DNA of 24,000 nt, taken from Magnetococcales bacterium. Lineage in GTDB: Bacteria; Pseudomonadota; Magnetococcia; Magnetococcales; JADGAP01. A program made the translations under genes and the position numbers. The stretch is taken from assembly GCA_015231965.1 (NCBI GenBank), contig JADGAP010000037.1, positions 1 through 24,000 on the forward strand, given 5' to 3'. Within the stretch, counting starts at the first letter, position 1; each line of letters starts with the position of its first letter. Of this stretch, positions 7,201-16,605 are shown one piece after another. The notes beneath the pieces were generated by a model. It saw only the letters and a list, made by a program, of their open reading frames with translations. It searched no databases and was not told the origin of the DNA.

Positions 7201-8835
7201 TCACCGGATGGAGCGGGTGGCCAGCAGCACGTAGATCAGTCCCAGGCCGCAGGGGGCGCTCCACCACCAGAAGGGCATGCCTCCCGCCGCCAGGATGGCC
7301 GAGGAGATGAGGAAGGCCCCGCCGCCGATGGCCGTGGCCTGACGGCGGAAGCCGATGCTCATGCGTCGTTCCAGCCGCTCCATGGAGGCGGGGTGGAGCC
7401 GCACCTTGACCCGATCCCGGGCCAGGCGCTCCACGCCGTCGTAGATCATGCGGGGCAGATTGCCGGCGGAGTGGAACACCTCCTCGGCGTCCTGACGCAG
7501 GGTGCGCAGCTTGCCCTTGGGGCCGAGATTGTCCCGCATCCAGTCGGCGATGAGGGGTTCGGCCAGAACCCACATGTTCATCTCTGGATCCAGTTCGCGG
7601 CCCACCCCCTCCAGGGTGAACATGGTCTTCTGCAATAACAGAAGTTGCGGCTGGACCTCCATCTGGAACTGCTCGGTCACCTTGAACAGTTCGGAGAGGA
7701 GGTTGGCGATGGAGATCTCCTTGAGCGGGCGACCGAAGATGGGCTCGGCCATCTGACGGCAGGCCTCCTCGAAATCGTCCACGTCGGTGTCATCGGGAAT
7801 GTATCCCGCCGCCAGATGGATGCGGGCCACCTTGCGGTAATCCTGGCTGATGAAGCCGTGGAGCAGCTCCGCCAGCCAGATGCGGGTCTGGTGGCTCACC
7901 GTGCCGACGATGCCGAAATCGACGATGATCAAGGTGCCGTCGGGTTTCACCAGCAGGTTGCCCGGATGCTGGTCGGCGTGGAAAAAGCCGTCGCGGAACA
8001 CCTGCTTGAAAAAGACCGTCACCACGTTGCGGGCCACCCGCTGCACGTCGGGCCGGGGTCCGGGATACTGGGCCAGATCGTCGATGGGAACCCCCGTCAC
8101 CCACTCGGAGGTCATCACCCGGCGGGAGGTCAGGGGCCAGTGGATCTGGGGCACGTGCAGCACCGGGTCGCCCTCGAAATTTTTGCGAAACCGCTGCGCC
8201 CGGGCCGCCTCCACCTGAAAATTCATCTCGCCGCGAATGGTGTCGGCGAACTCCACCACCACCTTGCGGACCTTGAAGCGATTCCATTCGGGAATATGCT
8301 CCTCGATCAACTCCGCTAGGGCGGTCAGCACCCGAATGTCCTGCTCCACGATCTGTTCGACGTTGGGGCGCAGCACCTTCACCGCCACATCCCGCCCGTC
8401 CCGGGTCAACGCCCGATGCACCTGGGCGATGCTGGCCGAGGCCACCGGAACCGGCTCGATCTGACGGAACAGGGTCTCCAGGGTGTTGTTGAGATCGTCC
8501 TCGATGGTCTGCTTCACCGTCTCGAAGGGAAACGGCGGCACGTCGTCCTGGAGCCGCTTCATCTCCAGGCCGATATCCTTGGGCAGGGTCTCCATGCGGG
8601 TGGAGAGGGTCTGGCCGAACTTGATGAAGGTGGGGCCAAGCTCTTCCATGGCCATGCGCAGCCGCACCGCCCGGGGGGTGCGCCGCCGATGCCGCCACAT
8701 GAAAGGGTTCAACCCCACCACCCACACCACGGCCCGGGAGAGGAAAAACCGGTCGGCGAAGGGGACCACCCCATGCCGCGCCAAGGTGCGGAAGATGAAG
8801 GCCAACCGCAGCAAATTATGGAAAATGGAGATCAT
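7201..8835 (-). CDS. ubiB: ubiquinone biosynthesis regulatory protein kinase UbiB (ABC1/ADCK family)
   Basis: FIKFGQTLSTRMETLPKDIGLEMKRLQDDVPPFPFE...ASASIAQVHRA...VAVKVLRP...HADQHPGNLLV...DFGIVG, plus C-terminal TM segments. It is the last gene of the ubiE-ubiJ-ubiB order. Confidence 0.93.
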   Translation of the reverse strand: MISIFHNLLRLAFIFRTLARHGVVPFADRFFLSRAVVWVVGLNPFMWRHRRRTPRAVRLRMAMEELGPTFIKFGQTLSTRMETLPKDIGLEMKRLQDDVPPFPFETVKQTIEDDLNNTLETLFRQIEPVPVASASIAQVHRALTRDGRDVAVKVLRPNVEQIVEQDIRVLTALAELIEEHIPEWNRFKVRKVVVEFADTIRGEMNFQVEAARAQRFRKNFEGDPVLHVPQIHWPLTSRRVMTSEWVTGVPIDDLAQYPGPRPDVQRVARNVVTVFFKQVFRDGFFHADQHPGNLLVKPDGTLIIVDFGIVGTVSHQTRIWLAELLHGFISQDYRKVARIHLAAGYIPDDTDVDDFEEACRQMAEPIFGRPLKEISIANLLSELFKVTEQFQMEVQPQLLLLQKTMFTLEGVGRELDPEMNMWVLAEPLIADWMRDNLGPKGKLRTLRQDAEEVFHSAGNLPRMIYDGVERLARDRVKVRLHPASMERLERRMSIGFRRQATAIGGGAFLISSAILAAGGMPFWWWSAPCGLGLIYVLLATRSIR

Positions 8836-8866
8836 GGACAGATGGGGAGGCCGACTCTTCAGGAGG

Positions 8867-9529
8867 TTACTTTTTCAACGCCTTGGCCACCGCCGCCTTT
8901 TTGCCCAGGCGGTGGATCGCCCCTTCCGTCTTTTCCAGGCGACGGGCCAGGGCTTCGGTTTCGTCCCGCAGGTCGTCCAGATCCCCCTTGCGGGGGGTGT
9001 GAACCCGCTCCAGGGCGTCGTCCGCCTCGCCTTCCAGCCACTCCCGCCCGGCGGTTGCCCAGCGCAGGGAGCGGCGTCCAGATTCGGCCAGGGCGTGGGC
9101 CGCAGTCTCGCCCACCAGCACGGCCAACTCCCGCTCCCAGTCGAACTCCACGTTGTCCAAAATATTTTTGAAGCGCAGCCCGGTGTCGGTTTCGCCGGAG
9201 AGTTTCAGTTCCCGGGAGAAAAAGAGGGAGTCGGGATCGGCGGTGTTGAACAGCAGCGCCAGAAAGGCCTCGCTCTTGCCCGCCATGGTGACGTTGGGCT
9301 CCAGGTCGCTGTAGGTGTGAATCCGCACCCCGCCTCCGGCGTCCACCACCATGTGAAAGGTTTGATCCAGATCCTCCACCTCGAAGCGAAAGATTTTTCC
9401 CGTCAACTCGCCCATGCGCTCCCGCAGTTCGGGATGGGTGGTGAAAAACAGGTTGAGGGTGACGCCCAGCCCCACTGCCGTCAGGGGTTGGGGGAGAAAG
9501 CGCAAGGGGGTGGTCCAGAGGGGAAACAT
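8867..9529 (-). CDS. ubiJ: ubiquinone biosynthesis accessory factor UbiJ (SCP2-domain protein)
   Basis: SCP2-like segment: ...VTMAGKSEAFLALLFNTADPDSLFFSRELKLSGETDTGLRFKNIL. It is positioned between ubiE and ubiB and has a strong AAGGAG SD before ATG 9529. Confidence 0.78.
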   Translation of the reverse strand: MFPLWTTPLRFLPQPLTAVGLGVTLNLFFTTHPELRERMGELTGKIFRFEVEDLDQTFHMVVDAGGGVRIHTYSDLEPNVTMAGKSEAFLALLFNTADPDSLFFSRELKLSGETDTGLRFKNILDNVEFDWERELAVLVGETAAHALAESGRRSLRWATAGREWLEGEADDALERVHTPRKGDLDDLRDETEALARRLEKTEGAIHRLGKKAAVAKALKK

Positions 9530-9545
9530 GACCTGCTCCTTCCGC

Positions 9546-10292
9546 CTAAAGCTTGACGCCGACGTGGACCGCCGCGATGCCGGCGGAGAGATTGTAATAC
9601 TTGACCCGGGAGAGCCCCGCCTGCTCCATCATCTCCTTGAACCGCTCCTGCTCGGGAAAGCGGCGGATCGACTCCACCAGATATTGGTAGGAGTCCCGAT
9701 CCTTGGCCACCCGTTCGCCGATTTCGGGCAAAATTTTGAACGAATAGGCGTCGTAGATCGGTTTGAGGAAGGGCAGGACGACGTGGGAAAATTCCAGGCA
9801 CAGGAACTGCCCCCCGGGACGCAACACCCGGGTCATCTCCTTGAGGGCCAGATCCATGCGGGTGACGTTGCGGATGCCGAAGCCGATGGTGGCGGCGTGG
9901 AAGGTGTGATCGGGAAAGGGGAGGGTTTCGGCGTTGCCCTGGATCCAGTGAAAGCCGGAGACCATGCCCAGATCCGCCAGTCGGGTGCGTCCCACCTCCA
10001 GCATGCTGGCGTTGATGTCGCACACCGCAAAGGTTCCCTGTTGTTCCAGCCGTTCGGCCATGAGTTTGGTCAGGTCGCCGGTGCCTCCGGCCACGTCGAG
10101 AATTTTGTCCCCTGGTTTGATGTGCAGTCGGGCCACGGCGTAGCGCTTCCACAGCCGATGGACCCCCATGGACATCAGATCGTTCATCAGATCATAGCTT
10201 TGGGCCACCGAGTCAAACACCTGGCGGACCCGCTCCACCTTTTGGGCCGCAGGAATTTCGCTGAATCCGAAGTGGGTGGTTTCCTCGACCAT
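9546..10292 (-). CDS. ubiE: demethylmenaquinone/ubiquinone C-methyltransferase UbiE
   Basis: FGFSEIPAAQKVERVRQVFDSVAQSYDLMNDLMSMGVHRLWKR...ILDVAGGTGDL...GFGIRNV is the classic UbiE/MenG signature. ATG 10292 gives ~248 aa. The track start at 10379 adds an unlikely 29-aa extension. Confidence 0.92.
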   Translation of the reverse strand: MVEETTHFGFSEIPAAQKVERVRQVFDSVAQSYDLMNDLMSMGVHRLWKRYAVARLHIKPGDKILDVAGGTGDLTKLMAERLEQQGTFAVCDINASMLEVGRTRLADLGMVSGFHWIQGNAETLPFPDHTFHAATIGFGIRNVTRMDLALKEMTRVLRPGGQFLCLEFSHVVLPFLKPIYDAYSFKILPEIGERVAKDRDSYQYLVESIRRFPEQERFKEMMEQAGLSRVKYYNLSAGIAAVHVGVKL

Positions 10293-10451
10293 GCCAGGGG
10301 CGCTCCAAGGGGGTGAAAGGCTTTTCCGGTCCCGGGCGGCGGGGAAAATTCCGCTTTCGCCCGAGGGTGCATCGTCCATCGTGCCGTAGCATCAGGATAC
10401 GTCATTCCCCCGAAGGTCGAAAGGTGCCAGGGGATCGATGGCTTGCATTCC

Positions 10452-12974
10452 TCACGTTGCGGCGGGGCTCTCCAGCGCCTCCAGCAGCCGCCGGGCCGCC
10501 TGATTGAGGGGATCGTCCCGCAACACCCGCTGGTAAAGCTCCCGTGCCTCCTCCGTCCGCCCCAGGGAGACGAGAAAACGGGCCGCCTTGATCAACGTCA
10601 CGCCGTCGCCGGAGACCACCGCCAAATAGCGGCGATAGGCGTCCAGCGCCCCCGCCTGGTCCCCCAGCAGACGCAACAACTCGGCGTAGGGCGGCACATA
10701 GGCCGGGGAAAGTTCGGCCATGCGCCGCAACACCGCCCGCCCCTCCTCGTAAAGGCCGCGCCCCAGGGTCAGGCCGGTCATGCGCTGCAAGGCGTCAGGG
10801 AGCAACTCGGGATGGTCCACCTGACGATATTCGGCCAGGGCGGCCTCGGGATCGTTTTCCAACTCCCGCAACAGGCCCCGGGCCAGATGCAGGGCCGGTT
10901 CGCGATCCGCCATGGCCACCGAGGGGAGGGAGGCGACGAAATCCCGCAGCTTTTCCAACTCTTTTTGCAGAAAAAACGATTGGGCCTTGGCCCGCACCGT
11001 CGCCGGGGTGGGTTGGGTCTGCCAGGAGCGCTTGGACAACTCCTCGCCATGAAACAGCGCCTCGTGGGCGGCGAGAAACGCCTCCAGCCGCCGGACGACG
11101 GCGGGGGGATGGTCCGCCAGGGGGCGGCCGCAACGGTCGAGATAGACCTGGGCCCGCCCGGGGGTTTGGTCCCGCTCCCACTGGGCGAAAAGAAGCTTGA
11201 AGTCGGGCCGCTCCTTCTCCTCCTCCACTCGGGAGCGCACCCGCTGTCGGGCGGCGTCGATGAACTTCACCACCTCGGCGGCGCTCTCCCGATAAATTTC
11301 GTAGTAACGCCGCCCGGTGCGCTCCACCTCGGCGACGGACCACGCCTTCTCCTTGTCCGGGCGGGAGAGGCGGAGGAATTCCGATACCCCCCAGCGTCGC
11401 ACCATCAGGGACCAGGGCCCCAGCCGCTGATTCAACTCCTCTTCCAGACGATCCATCTTGTCCTTGCAGGAAAAATCCGCCGGTTTGCCCTGGCGTCCGA
11501 AGAGCCGGTCGTTGAGCTCGATCCCCTGGGCCGCCAGGGCGCGAATCTCCTCCACCACGCCGCGCACCCGGAACAACTCCCGCTCCACCGCCTCGCAGTG
11601 GGCCAGCCGCTCCGCCCGACCGGGGAGGGGGAGGCGTTCCCACAAGGTTTCCCGCGCCGAGCGGGGGAGGGGGGCGATGGCCACCGACTCCAGGGGTTGA
11701 TGCCGCACGTGGGGAACTTTCGCCGCCCCGGGGGCGGGGTTGATCACCGCGCAGCCCCGCATTGCGCCGAACTCGGCCACCTGCCCCAGGCTGGGGATGG
11801 CGTGGTAGAAGTCGTACCAGGTTTCGGCCATCCAGCCGCCGTTGGTCTCCACCTGCAACTCGGCCAACTCCACCGAGGGGCCCAGGGCGCTTTCGGCGCT
11901 GCCCTTGGCGTAGATGTACCCCTCGCGGCTGAAGCAGAGATCCAGCCCCGCCAGCACCACGTTGCGGCACCCCATCTCGACCATCAGCCCCAGCAGTTGA
12001 TGGGAGACGGTGATGCCGGGAAAATAATAATTGTCCGGATTGTTTTCGGTGGGCCAGGGAAAGCGGTAGCCCATGTAGGCCGATCGACCCCGCCAGGGGG
12101 CCAGCAACCAGGGGTGGACGTGGAAAAAGTTGACGTAGAGGCTCTCTTGCCAAAAATCCAGCATCTCCTTGCCGTTGTGGAAGATGATGTCGTAGGGGTC
12201 GATGGCCATGAACAGGTCGGGGATCACCCCCGCCTCCCGCAACTGCCGGGCGTTGCGCGACACCGCCGCCACCAGCAGATGCTCCCGATGGGCCTTGACC
12301 CAGGGAATGACCGCCTCCCACGACGGCCCCCCGGCGAGCAAAATCCCCGTCGCCCCGGGCAGAACGTCCCGCAGCAGCGGTGCCGGGGTGAGGTTTTCCG
12401 CCAGATTTTCCATGCCCCGCAGCAGGAAAATCTGGTTGCCCATGTCCATGTCCACCTGGATCTTGATCATCCCCAGGTCGTGCTTGAAACGGTTCCACAA
12501 GGGGACGTAGCCCGGATGGAAGCCATCCGCCGCCGCCAGGGATTTATAGGCCCGCACCCGGTCGGAGTAGTAATAGTCGCTGACGCCCAGCTTTGTCGCC
12601 GCCTCCACCCACTCGCCGGGAGGGAGAAGCAACATCTGGTGGGGCAGACCCTCGGGCAGAACCTCCCGCCGGATGCGGGGGATCAGCGCCTCGAACTCGA
12701 CGAAAAGGTAGCGGCTGCCGGCGGGGAGGGGTTGGCGCAAAATGTAGCGGATCAACAGTCCGCCGTCGCAGCCGACGAAAAGATAGAGGGCGTCCTCTTC
12801 CCAGAGGTCCTCCAGGTAGATGCGGCGAAACACCGCCTCCGAGCCGACGCCGGAAAAACTTTCCCGGTTGAGGGCGGGCAGATAGGGTTCGCCGAAGGCG
12901 TTGCGCAAAAAGGGTCCGAAGTCGTCGGTCATGATGATGGCGCGGCGCGGGAAAAAGTGGTATTGATTCACCAA
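10452..12974 (-). CDS. Maf-type (DUF115/MptE-like) putative flagellin glycosyltransferase fused to C-terminal TPR repeats
   Basis: ILLAGGPSWEAVIPWVKAHREHLLVAAVSRNARQLREAGVIPDLFMAIDPYD reproduces the GxGPS...PD...D core of DUF115/Maf proteins. The C-terminus has TPR-like repeats (AEYRQV..., LYEEGRAV..., AYRRYLAV...). The start is uncertain: TTG 12974, GTG 12971 or ATG 12932. Confidence 0.78.
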   Translation of the reverse strand: MVNQYHFFPRRAIIMTDDFGPFLRNAFGEPYLPALNRESFSGVGSEAVFRRIYLEDLWEEDALYLFVGCDGGLLIRYILRQPLPAGSRYLFVEFEALIPRIRREVLPEGLPHQMLLLPPGEWVEAATKLGVSDYYYSDRVRAYKSLAAADGFHPGYVPLWNRFKHDLGMIKIQVDMDMGNQIFLLRGMENLAENLTPAPLLRDVLPGATGILLAGGPSWEAVIPWVKAHREHLLVAAVSRNARQLREAGVIPDLFMAIDPYDIIFHNGKEMLDFWQESLYVNFFHVHPWLLAPWRGRSAYMGYRFPWPTENNPDNYYFPGITVSHQLLGLMVEMGCRNVVLAGLDLCFSREGYIYAKGSAESALGPSVELAELQVETNGGWMAETWYDFYHAIPSLGQVAEFGAMRGCAVINPAPGAAKVPHVRHQPLESVAIAPLPRSARETLWERLPLPGRAERLAHCEAVERELFRVRGVVEEIRALAAQGIELNDRLFGRQGKPADFSCKDKMDRLEEELNQRLGPWSLMVRRWGVSEFLRLSRPDKEKAWSVAEVERTGRRYYEIYRESAAEVVKFIDAARQRVRSRVEEEKERPDFKLLFAQWERDQTPGRAQVYLDRCGRPLADHPPAVVRRLEAFLAAHEALFHGEELSKRSWQTQPTPATVRAKAQSFFLQKELEKLRDFVASLPSVAMADREPALHLARGLLRELENDPEAALAEYRQVDHPELLPDALQRMTGLTLGRGLYEEGRAVLRRMAELSPAYVPPYAELLRLLGDQAGALDAYRRYLAVVSGDGVTLIKAARFLVSLGRTEEARELYQRVLRDDPLNQAARRLLEALESPAAT

Positions 12975-13151
12975 GCCCGTCTTAATTCATGAATTTCTGC
13001 TGCAAGCGCACCAGGAGCGCGCCAGGACTGCGTTGCGCTCGGTCGCCGATCCTCACCGCGCAATGAGCGCGGTTCCGGTCGTCGCCCTTCGCGCGCCTTG
13101 TCCTGGCGCGCCCTGGACGCTTTCGCGACGAAATTCATGAATAAGACGGGC
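12975..13151. repeat. 177-bp imperfect palindromic (MITE-like) element with 22-23 nt terminal inverted repeats
   Basis: GCCCGTCTTAATTCATGAATTTC (12975-12997) matches the reverse complement of GAAATTCATGAATAAGACGGGC (13130-13151) with one indel. Subterminal GCGCGCCAGGAC blocks are also inverted. It lies between divergent genes. Confidence 0.6.
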
Positions 13152-13238
13152 CAAGACAAAAAGCCCCAGGGGGAGTATCGGCTCAAGCGACGCCGAGGCG
13201 CCACCCTTTTTCCATCGTCCGGAAGCGATTATCCCCCC

Positions 13239-15332
13239 ATGAAGAGTCTTTGGAACGACCGCGTCGCCGCCGACATGACCGCCCGCCTCCTGGAAAGCTG
13301 CGGCGAACCCCTGGCGTGGCGCACCTACGCCAGTCGGCTGTTGGGGGCCTCGCCGGCGCTGGTGCTGCACGGCGGGGGCAACAGTTCGGTCAAAACCGCG
13401 TGGCCCACCCTGACCGGCGAGTCGGTTCCGGTGGTCTGCGTCAAGGCGTCGGGGTGGGATTTGGGGGCCATCGAGCCGGAGGGCCACGTGCCGCTGGAGT
13501 TGTCCCGGCTCCTCCCCCTGATCCGCCTGGAGGCCCTGGACGACGGGGCGATGGTCAATCAATTGCGCCTGGCGCTGTTCGACCATCAGGCCCCCACGCC
13601 GTCGCTGGAGGCGCTGCTCCACGCCTTTTTGCCGCCGATCTTCATCGATCATTGCCACTCCGAGGCGATTTTGGCCCTGACCAATCGTCCCGACGGGGAG
13701 GAGACGGCGCGGCGGGCGTTGGGGCCGGGGGTGATCGTGCTGCCCTACGTCCGCCCCGGATTTCCCCTGGCCAAGGCGGCGGCGGCGGCCTTCGCCGCCC
13801 ATCCCGACGCCGAGGGGATGGTGTTGGCCCGTCATGGACTGGTCACGTGGGGGAAAACCGCGCGGGAATCCTACGAATCCACCATCGCCCTGGTCTCTCG
13901 GGCGGAGGCCTTTCTCGGGCGGGAGTTGGAAGCCTCCCCCCCCTCCCCGGTGCCGCAGGTCGGCGCGGTTCCGGCGCTGGACGAGGCGGAACGGCGCTAT
14001 CGCGAGACGGCCCCCCTGGTGCGGGGGGTGTTGTGCGGTGAAGCGCCGGAAGTGGGGATTTCCCATCGTTTCGTGCTGCGTCCGTTGCTCGACGAGCCGG
14101 TGTTGCGACAACTGGCCATGCCCGGGGCGCGGGAGTTGGCCCTCTCCCCCCCGCTCACCGCCGACCATCTGGTGCGCTTGAAGCCGTGGCCGCTGTGGGT
14201 GGAGGATCCCGCCCAACTGGCCGAGGGGGTGGCCGACTACGCCCGACGTTATCAGGAGTACACGGCGCGCCACGCCCATCGTCTGCCGACGGGGGCGCGG
14301 TTGGCCGATCCCCTGCCCCGGGTGATCATGATCCCCGGCGTGGGCATGATGTGCGCCGGTCGAACCGCCCAGGAGGCCGACGCGGTGCGGGATCTGGCCG
14401 AGCAGAATCTTCTGGTCAAGGGGGCGATGGCGGCGGCGAGCGTCCCCTATCAGGGGTTGGACGAAGGGCATCTGTTCGACATGGAGTATGGCGTCACCCA
14501 GTTGGCCAAGCTCCACGCCCCGTCCCAGCCCCTGGCCGGTTCCACCGCCCTGGTGACGGGGGCGGCGGGGGCCATCGGTTGGGGGCTTTGCGAAACCCTG
14601 CTGCAAAACGGCTGCCACGTCGCCGCCTCGGACCTCCCCGGCGAACGGCTCAACGATTTGGCCGTGGCCTTGAGCGCCCGGCATCCCGGACGCCTCCTGC
14701 CGGTGGCCATGGATGTCACCGACCCCGCCTCGGTGCGGCAGGGGTTCGGCGTGGCGACGGATGCCTGGGGCGGTCTGGACATCGTCGTCCCCAACGCCGG
14801 GCTGGCCCACGTCGCCGGGCTGGAGGAGCTGGAGTTGGAAGCCTTCCGCCGTCTCCACCGGGTCAACGTGGAGGGGACGCTGCTGGTCCTGACCGAGGCC
14901 TCCCGGATGTTTCGTCGCCAGGGGTGCGGCGGCGACGTGGTGTTGATCTCCACCAAGAACGTCTTCGCCCCGGGGGCGCAGTTCGGGGCCTACAGCGCCA
15001 CCAAGGCGGCGGCCCATCAACTGGCCCGCATCGCCTCGCTGGAGCTGGCCCCCCTGGGGGTGCGGGTCAACATGGTCGCCCCCGACGCGGTCTTTTCCGG
15101 CGGCGCCGCCCGCTCCGGGCTGTGGGCCGAGGTGGGGCCGGGGCGGATGAAGGCCCGGGGTCTGGATGAAAAAGGGCTGGAGGAGTATTATCGTCAGCGC
15201 AATCTGCTCAAGGCCCGGGTGACGGCGGAACACGTGGGGCGGGCGGTGCTGTTTTTCGTCACCCGCCAAACCCCCACCACCGGGGCCACCCTGCCGGTGG
15301 ACGGCGGCCTCCCCGACGCCACCCCAAGGTGA
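13239..15332 (+). CDS. bifunctional class II aldolase/adducin-domain + short-chain dehydrogenase protein (rhamnulose-1-phosphate aldolase/SDR-like family)
   Basis: The N-terminus MKSLWNDRVAADMT...YASRLLGASPALVLHGGGNSSVKT is typical of this bifunctional family. The C-terminal SDR has ALVTGAAGAIG (TGxxxGxG) and YSATKAA (YxxxK). ATG 13239 is chosen over the 13098 track start, which lies inside the palindromic element. Confidence 0.88.
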   Translation: MKSLWNDRVAADMTARLLESCGEPLAWRTYASRLLGASPALVLHGGGNSSVKTAWPTLTGESVPVVCVKASGWDLGAIEPEGHVPLELSRLLPLIRLEALDDGAMVNQLRLALFDHQAPTPSLEALLHAFLPPIFIDHCHSEAILALTNRPDGEETARRALGPGVIVLPYVRPGFPLAKAAAAAFAAHPDAEGMVLARHGLVTWGKTARESYESTIALVSRAEAFLGRELEASPPSPVPQVGAVPALDEAERRYRETAPLVRGVLCGEAPEVGISHRFVLRPLLDEPVLRQLAMPGARELALSPPLTADHLVRLKPWPLWVEDPAQLAEGVADYARRYQEYTARHAHRLPTGARLADPLPRVIMIPGVGMMCAGRTAQEADAVRDLAEQNLLVKGAMAAASVPYQGLDEGHLFDMEYGVTQLAKLHAPSQPLAGSTALVTGAAGAIGWGLCETLLQNGCHVAASDLPGERLNDLAVALSARHPGRLLPVAMDVTDPASVRQGFGVATDAWGGLDIVVPNAGLAHVAGLEELELEAFRRLHRVNVEGTLLVLTEASRMFRRQGCGGDVVLISTKNVFAPGAQFGAYSATKAAAHQLARIASLELAPLGVRVNMVAPDAVFSGGAARSGLWAEVGPGRMKARGLDEKGLEEYYRQRNLLKARVTAEHVGRAVLFFVTRQTPTTGATLPVDGGLPDATPR

Positions 15333-15551
15333 GGGGATTGTTCTGGACTCGCGTCATGAATTGGAATTACATGGAGGCATCCGTTCATAGTTTTATCCCG
15401 TGTATCCGTGGACCCCGGTGGAACGTCCCTGATCCAAGCGCCCCTTAAAAGGCCACGTCCACCGGGGCCGGTTTATAGCAATTCCATTTTAAAATTGTAC
15501 GTATCGTCAAGCGGAGCCTGGGTTATGCAACCAGCTCCCCAACCACGGAAA

Positions 15552-15696
15552 CGTCATTCCCGCGAAAGCGGGAATCCAGGGGGCGGGGGCGGGAGATGCA
15601 GAGATTGCTACGAGGGACCAAGCCTTTTTTCCGTTTGTTTGAAGGGAGCCATTCATCAATCGGCTTTCCTGGATTCCCGCTTCCGCGGGAATGACG
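15552..15696. mobile_element. MITE-like element with 29-nt terminal inverted repeats, each holding its own hairpin
   Basis: CGTCATTCCCGCGAAAGCGGGAATCCAGG (15552-15580) matches the reverse complement of CCTGGATTCCCGCTTCCGCGGGAATGACG (15668-15696) at 28 of 29 positions. Each arm contains a TCCCGC-N4-GCGGGA stem-loop. ORFs across it give the artefact peptides RHSRESGNPG and LDSRFRGNDG. Confidence 0.6.
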
Positions 15697-15820
15697 GTTT
15701 ATTTTTTGGAGTGAGTTCCTTGCTCCCTCAAGCTCATGGTGCGCCAATCTCAAATGTAACGACTATAAAAAGCAGGCGCGCCCTCGGGTTGGCGGGGAAA
15801 TTCGTCCTGGAAGGGTGGTC

Positions 15821-16069
15821 ATGATCGCTCTTACGCTGCCGCAAGAGGCGGAAAATCGGCTTCAAGAGTTGGCCCATGAAACGGGTCGGTCGGTGGAGGA
15901 GTGCCTAAAGGAGGCTGCCTTTCTCTACCTTGAGGCGATGGAAGAGCGGCGGGATGCGGCGGACGCCCGAGTGGTCCTGGAAGAGCATCGACGCGCCCCC
16001 GGTGCCCCGTTCACCCTGGATGACGCCCTGGAGCGCTATGGGCTCCGACGGGAAACCTTGGGTCCATGA
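15821..16069 (+). CDS. ribbon-helix-helix type II antitoxin (RelB/DinJ/ParD-like)
   Basis: Small acidic protein MIALTLPQEAENRLQELAHETGRSVEECLKEA... with an N-terminal RHH pattern. ATG 15821 follows GGAAGGG. Its stop overlaps the downstream toxin start (ATGA 16066-16069). Confidence 0.72.
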   Translation: MIALTLPQEAENRLQELAHETGRSVEECLKEAAFLYLEAMEERRDAADARVVLEEHRRAPGAPFTLDDALERYGLRRETLGP

Positions 16070-16329
16070 GGTTTACCGTTGATTTGCAACTGGTCCGGAA
16101 AACCTTGGACCGGTTGTCCCCCGAGATGCGGCGGCAAATTCTTTACGCCGCCATGACGCTGGAGGCCGATCCTCATCCTCCGGGTTCCCTCAAATTGCAG
16201 GGATTGGACGATGTGTGGCGCCTTCGGGTTGGAGATTACCGCATCCTCTACACCGTTGAAGAGGAACAGGTACGGATTCTGCTGCTGAAAATCGCTCATC
16301 GGCGCGAGGTTTATCGAGGACTTCCATGA
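16066..16329 (+). CDS. RelE/ParE-family type II toxin
   Basis: ...LKLQGLDDVWRLRVGDYRILYTVEEEQVRILLLKIAHRREVYR is the canonical RelE/ParE C-terminal pattern (yRlRvGdYRiiY...v.v..i.hRr.vY). Confidence 0.85.
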   Translation: MRFTVDLQLVRKTLDRLSPEMRRQILYAAMTLEADPHPPGSLKLQGLDDVWRLRVGDYRILYTVEEEQVRILLLKIAHRREVYRGLP

Positions 16330-16467
16330 TGCCCGGCACGCCTTCCGCCTCGCCCGCCCCGTCGAACGGCGTTTCCCCTTGAGTGGATTGACCACTCTCC
16401 CGAACTTCCGCCCCGGCGGGAGCGGGGGCTTTGCCGCGCCCGTTACCGTGAAAGAACATCGTCCAGG

Positions 16468-16514
16468 CGCCCCCTCTCCCTGTCGTGGCGAGGGGAGGGT
16501 CGGGGTGAGGGGAG
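16468..16514. repeat. REP-like hairpin repeat (left copy)
   Basis: GCGCCCCTCTCCC...GAGGGGAGGGTCGGGGTGAGGGGAG. Its reverse complement shares TCACCCyG, CTCyCyC and GGGAGAGGGG blocks with 17931-17963. Confidence 0.4.
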
Positions 16515-16605
16515 CCGGGGCCGGATGAGAGCCCTTGGTTTCTTCATGATCCGAGGGGAGCGGGGACTTTGCCACTCTCGTTAGGAATGACGACCCCAAC
16601 CCGGC

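Noticed and set aside
10335-10420. Sequences resembling the MITE termini (ATTCCGCTTTCGCCCG, ACGTCATTCCCCCGAAGG) and a TGGCAC on the minus strand upstream of ubiE
   Set aside because: The repeat similarity is too degenerate to call by eye. The TGGCAC is not followed by TTGC at the required spacing, so there is no sigma54 promoter.
10443-12992. 849-aa plus-strand ORF, and the 567-aa minus-strand ORF at 10795..12498, overlapping the Maf-like gene
   Set aside because: Only the 10452..12974 minus frame shows recognisable DUF115 (GGPS...PD...D) and TPR features. The others are G/P/R/Q-rich antisense or off-frame artefacts.
13053-15269. 738-aa minus-strand ORF opposite the aldolase/SDR gene
   Set aside because: The plus frame carries clear aldolase and SDR motifs (TGxxxGxG, YxxxK). 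The antisense product is low-complexity G/P/R/Q sequence.
15408-15824. 138-aa and 76-aa ORFs across the MITE-like element
   Set aside because: They translate the inverted repeats themselves (RHSRESGNPG, LDSRFRGNDG). Such peptides are recurring artefacts of this repeat type, and there is no SD or coding bias.
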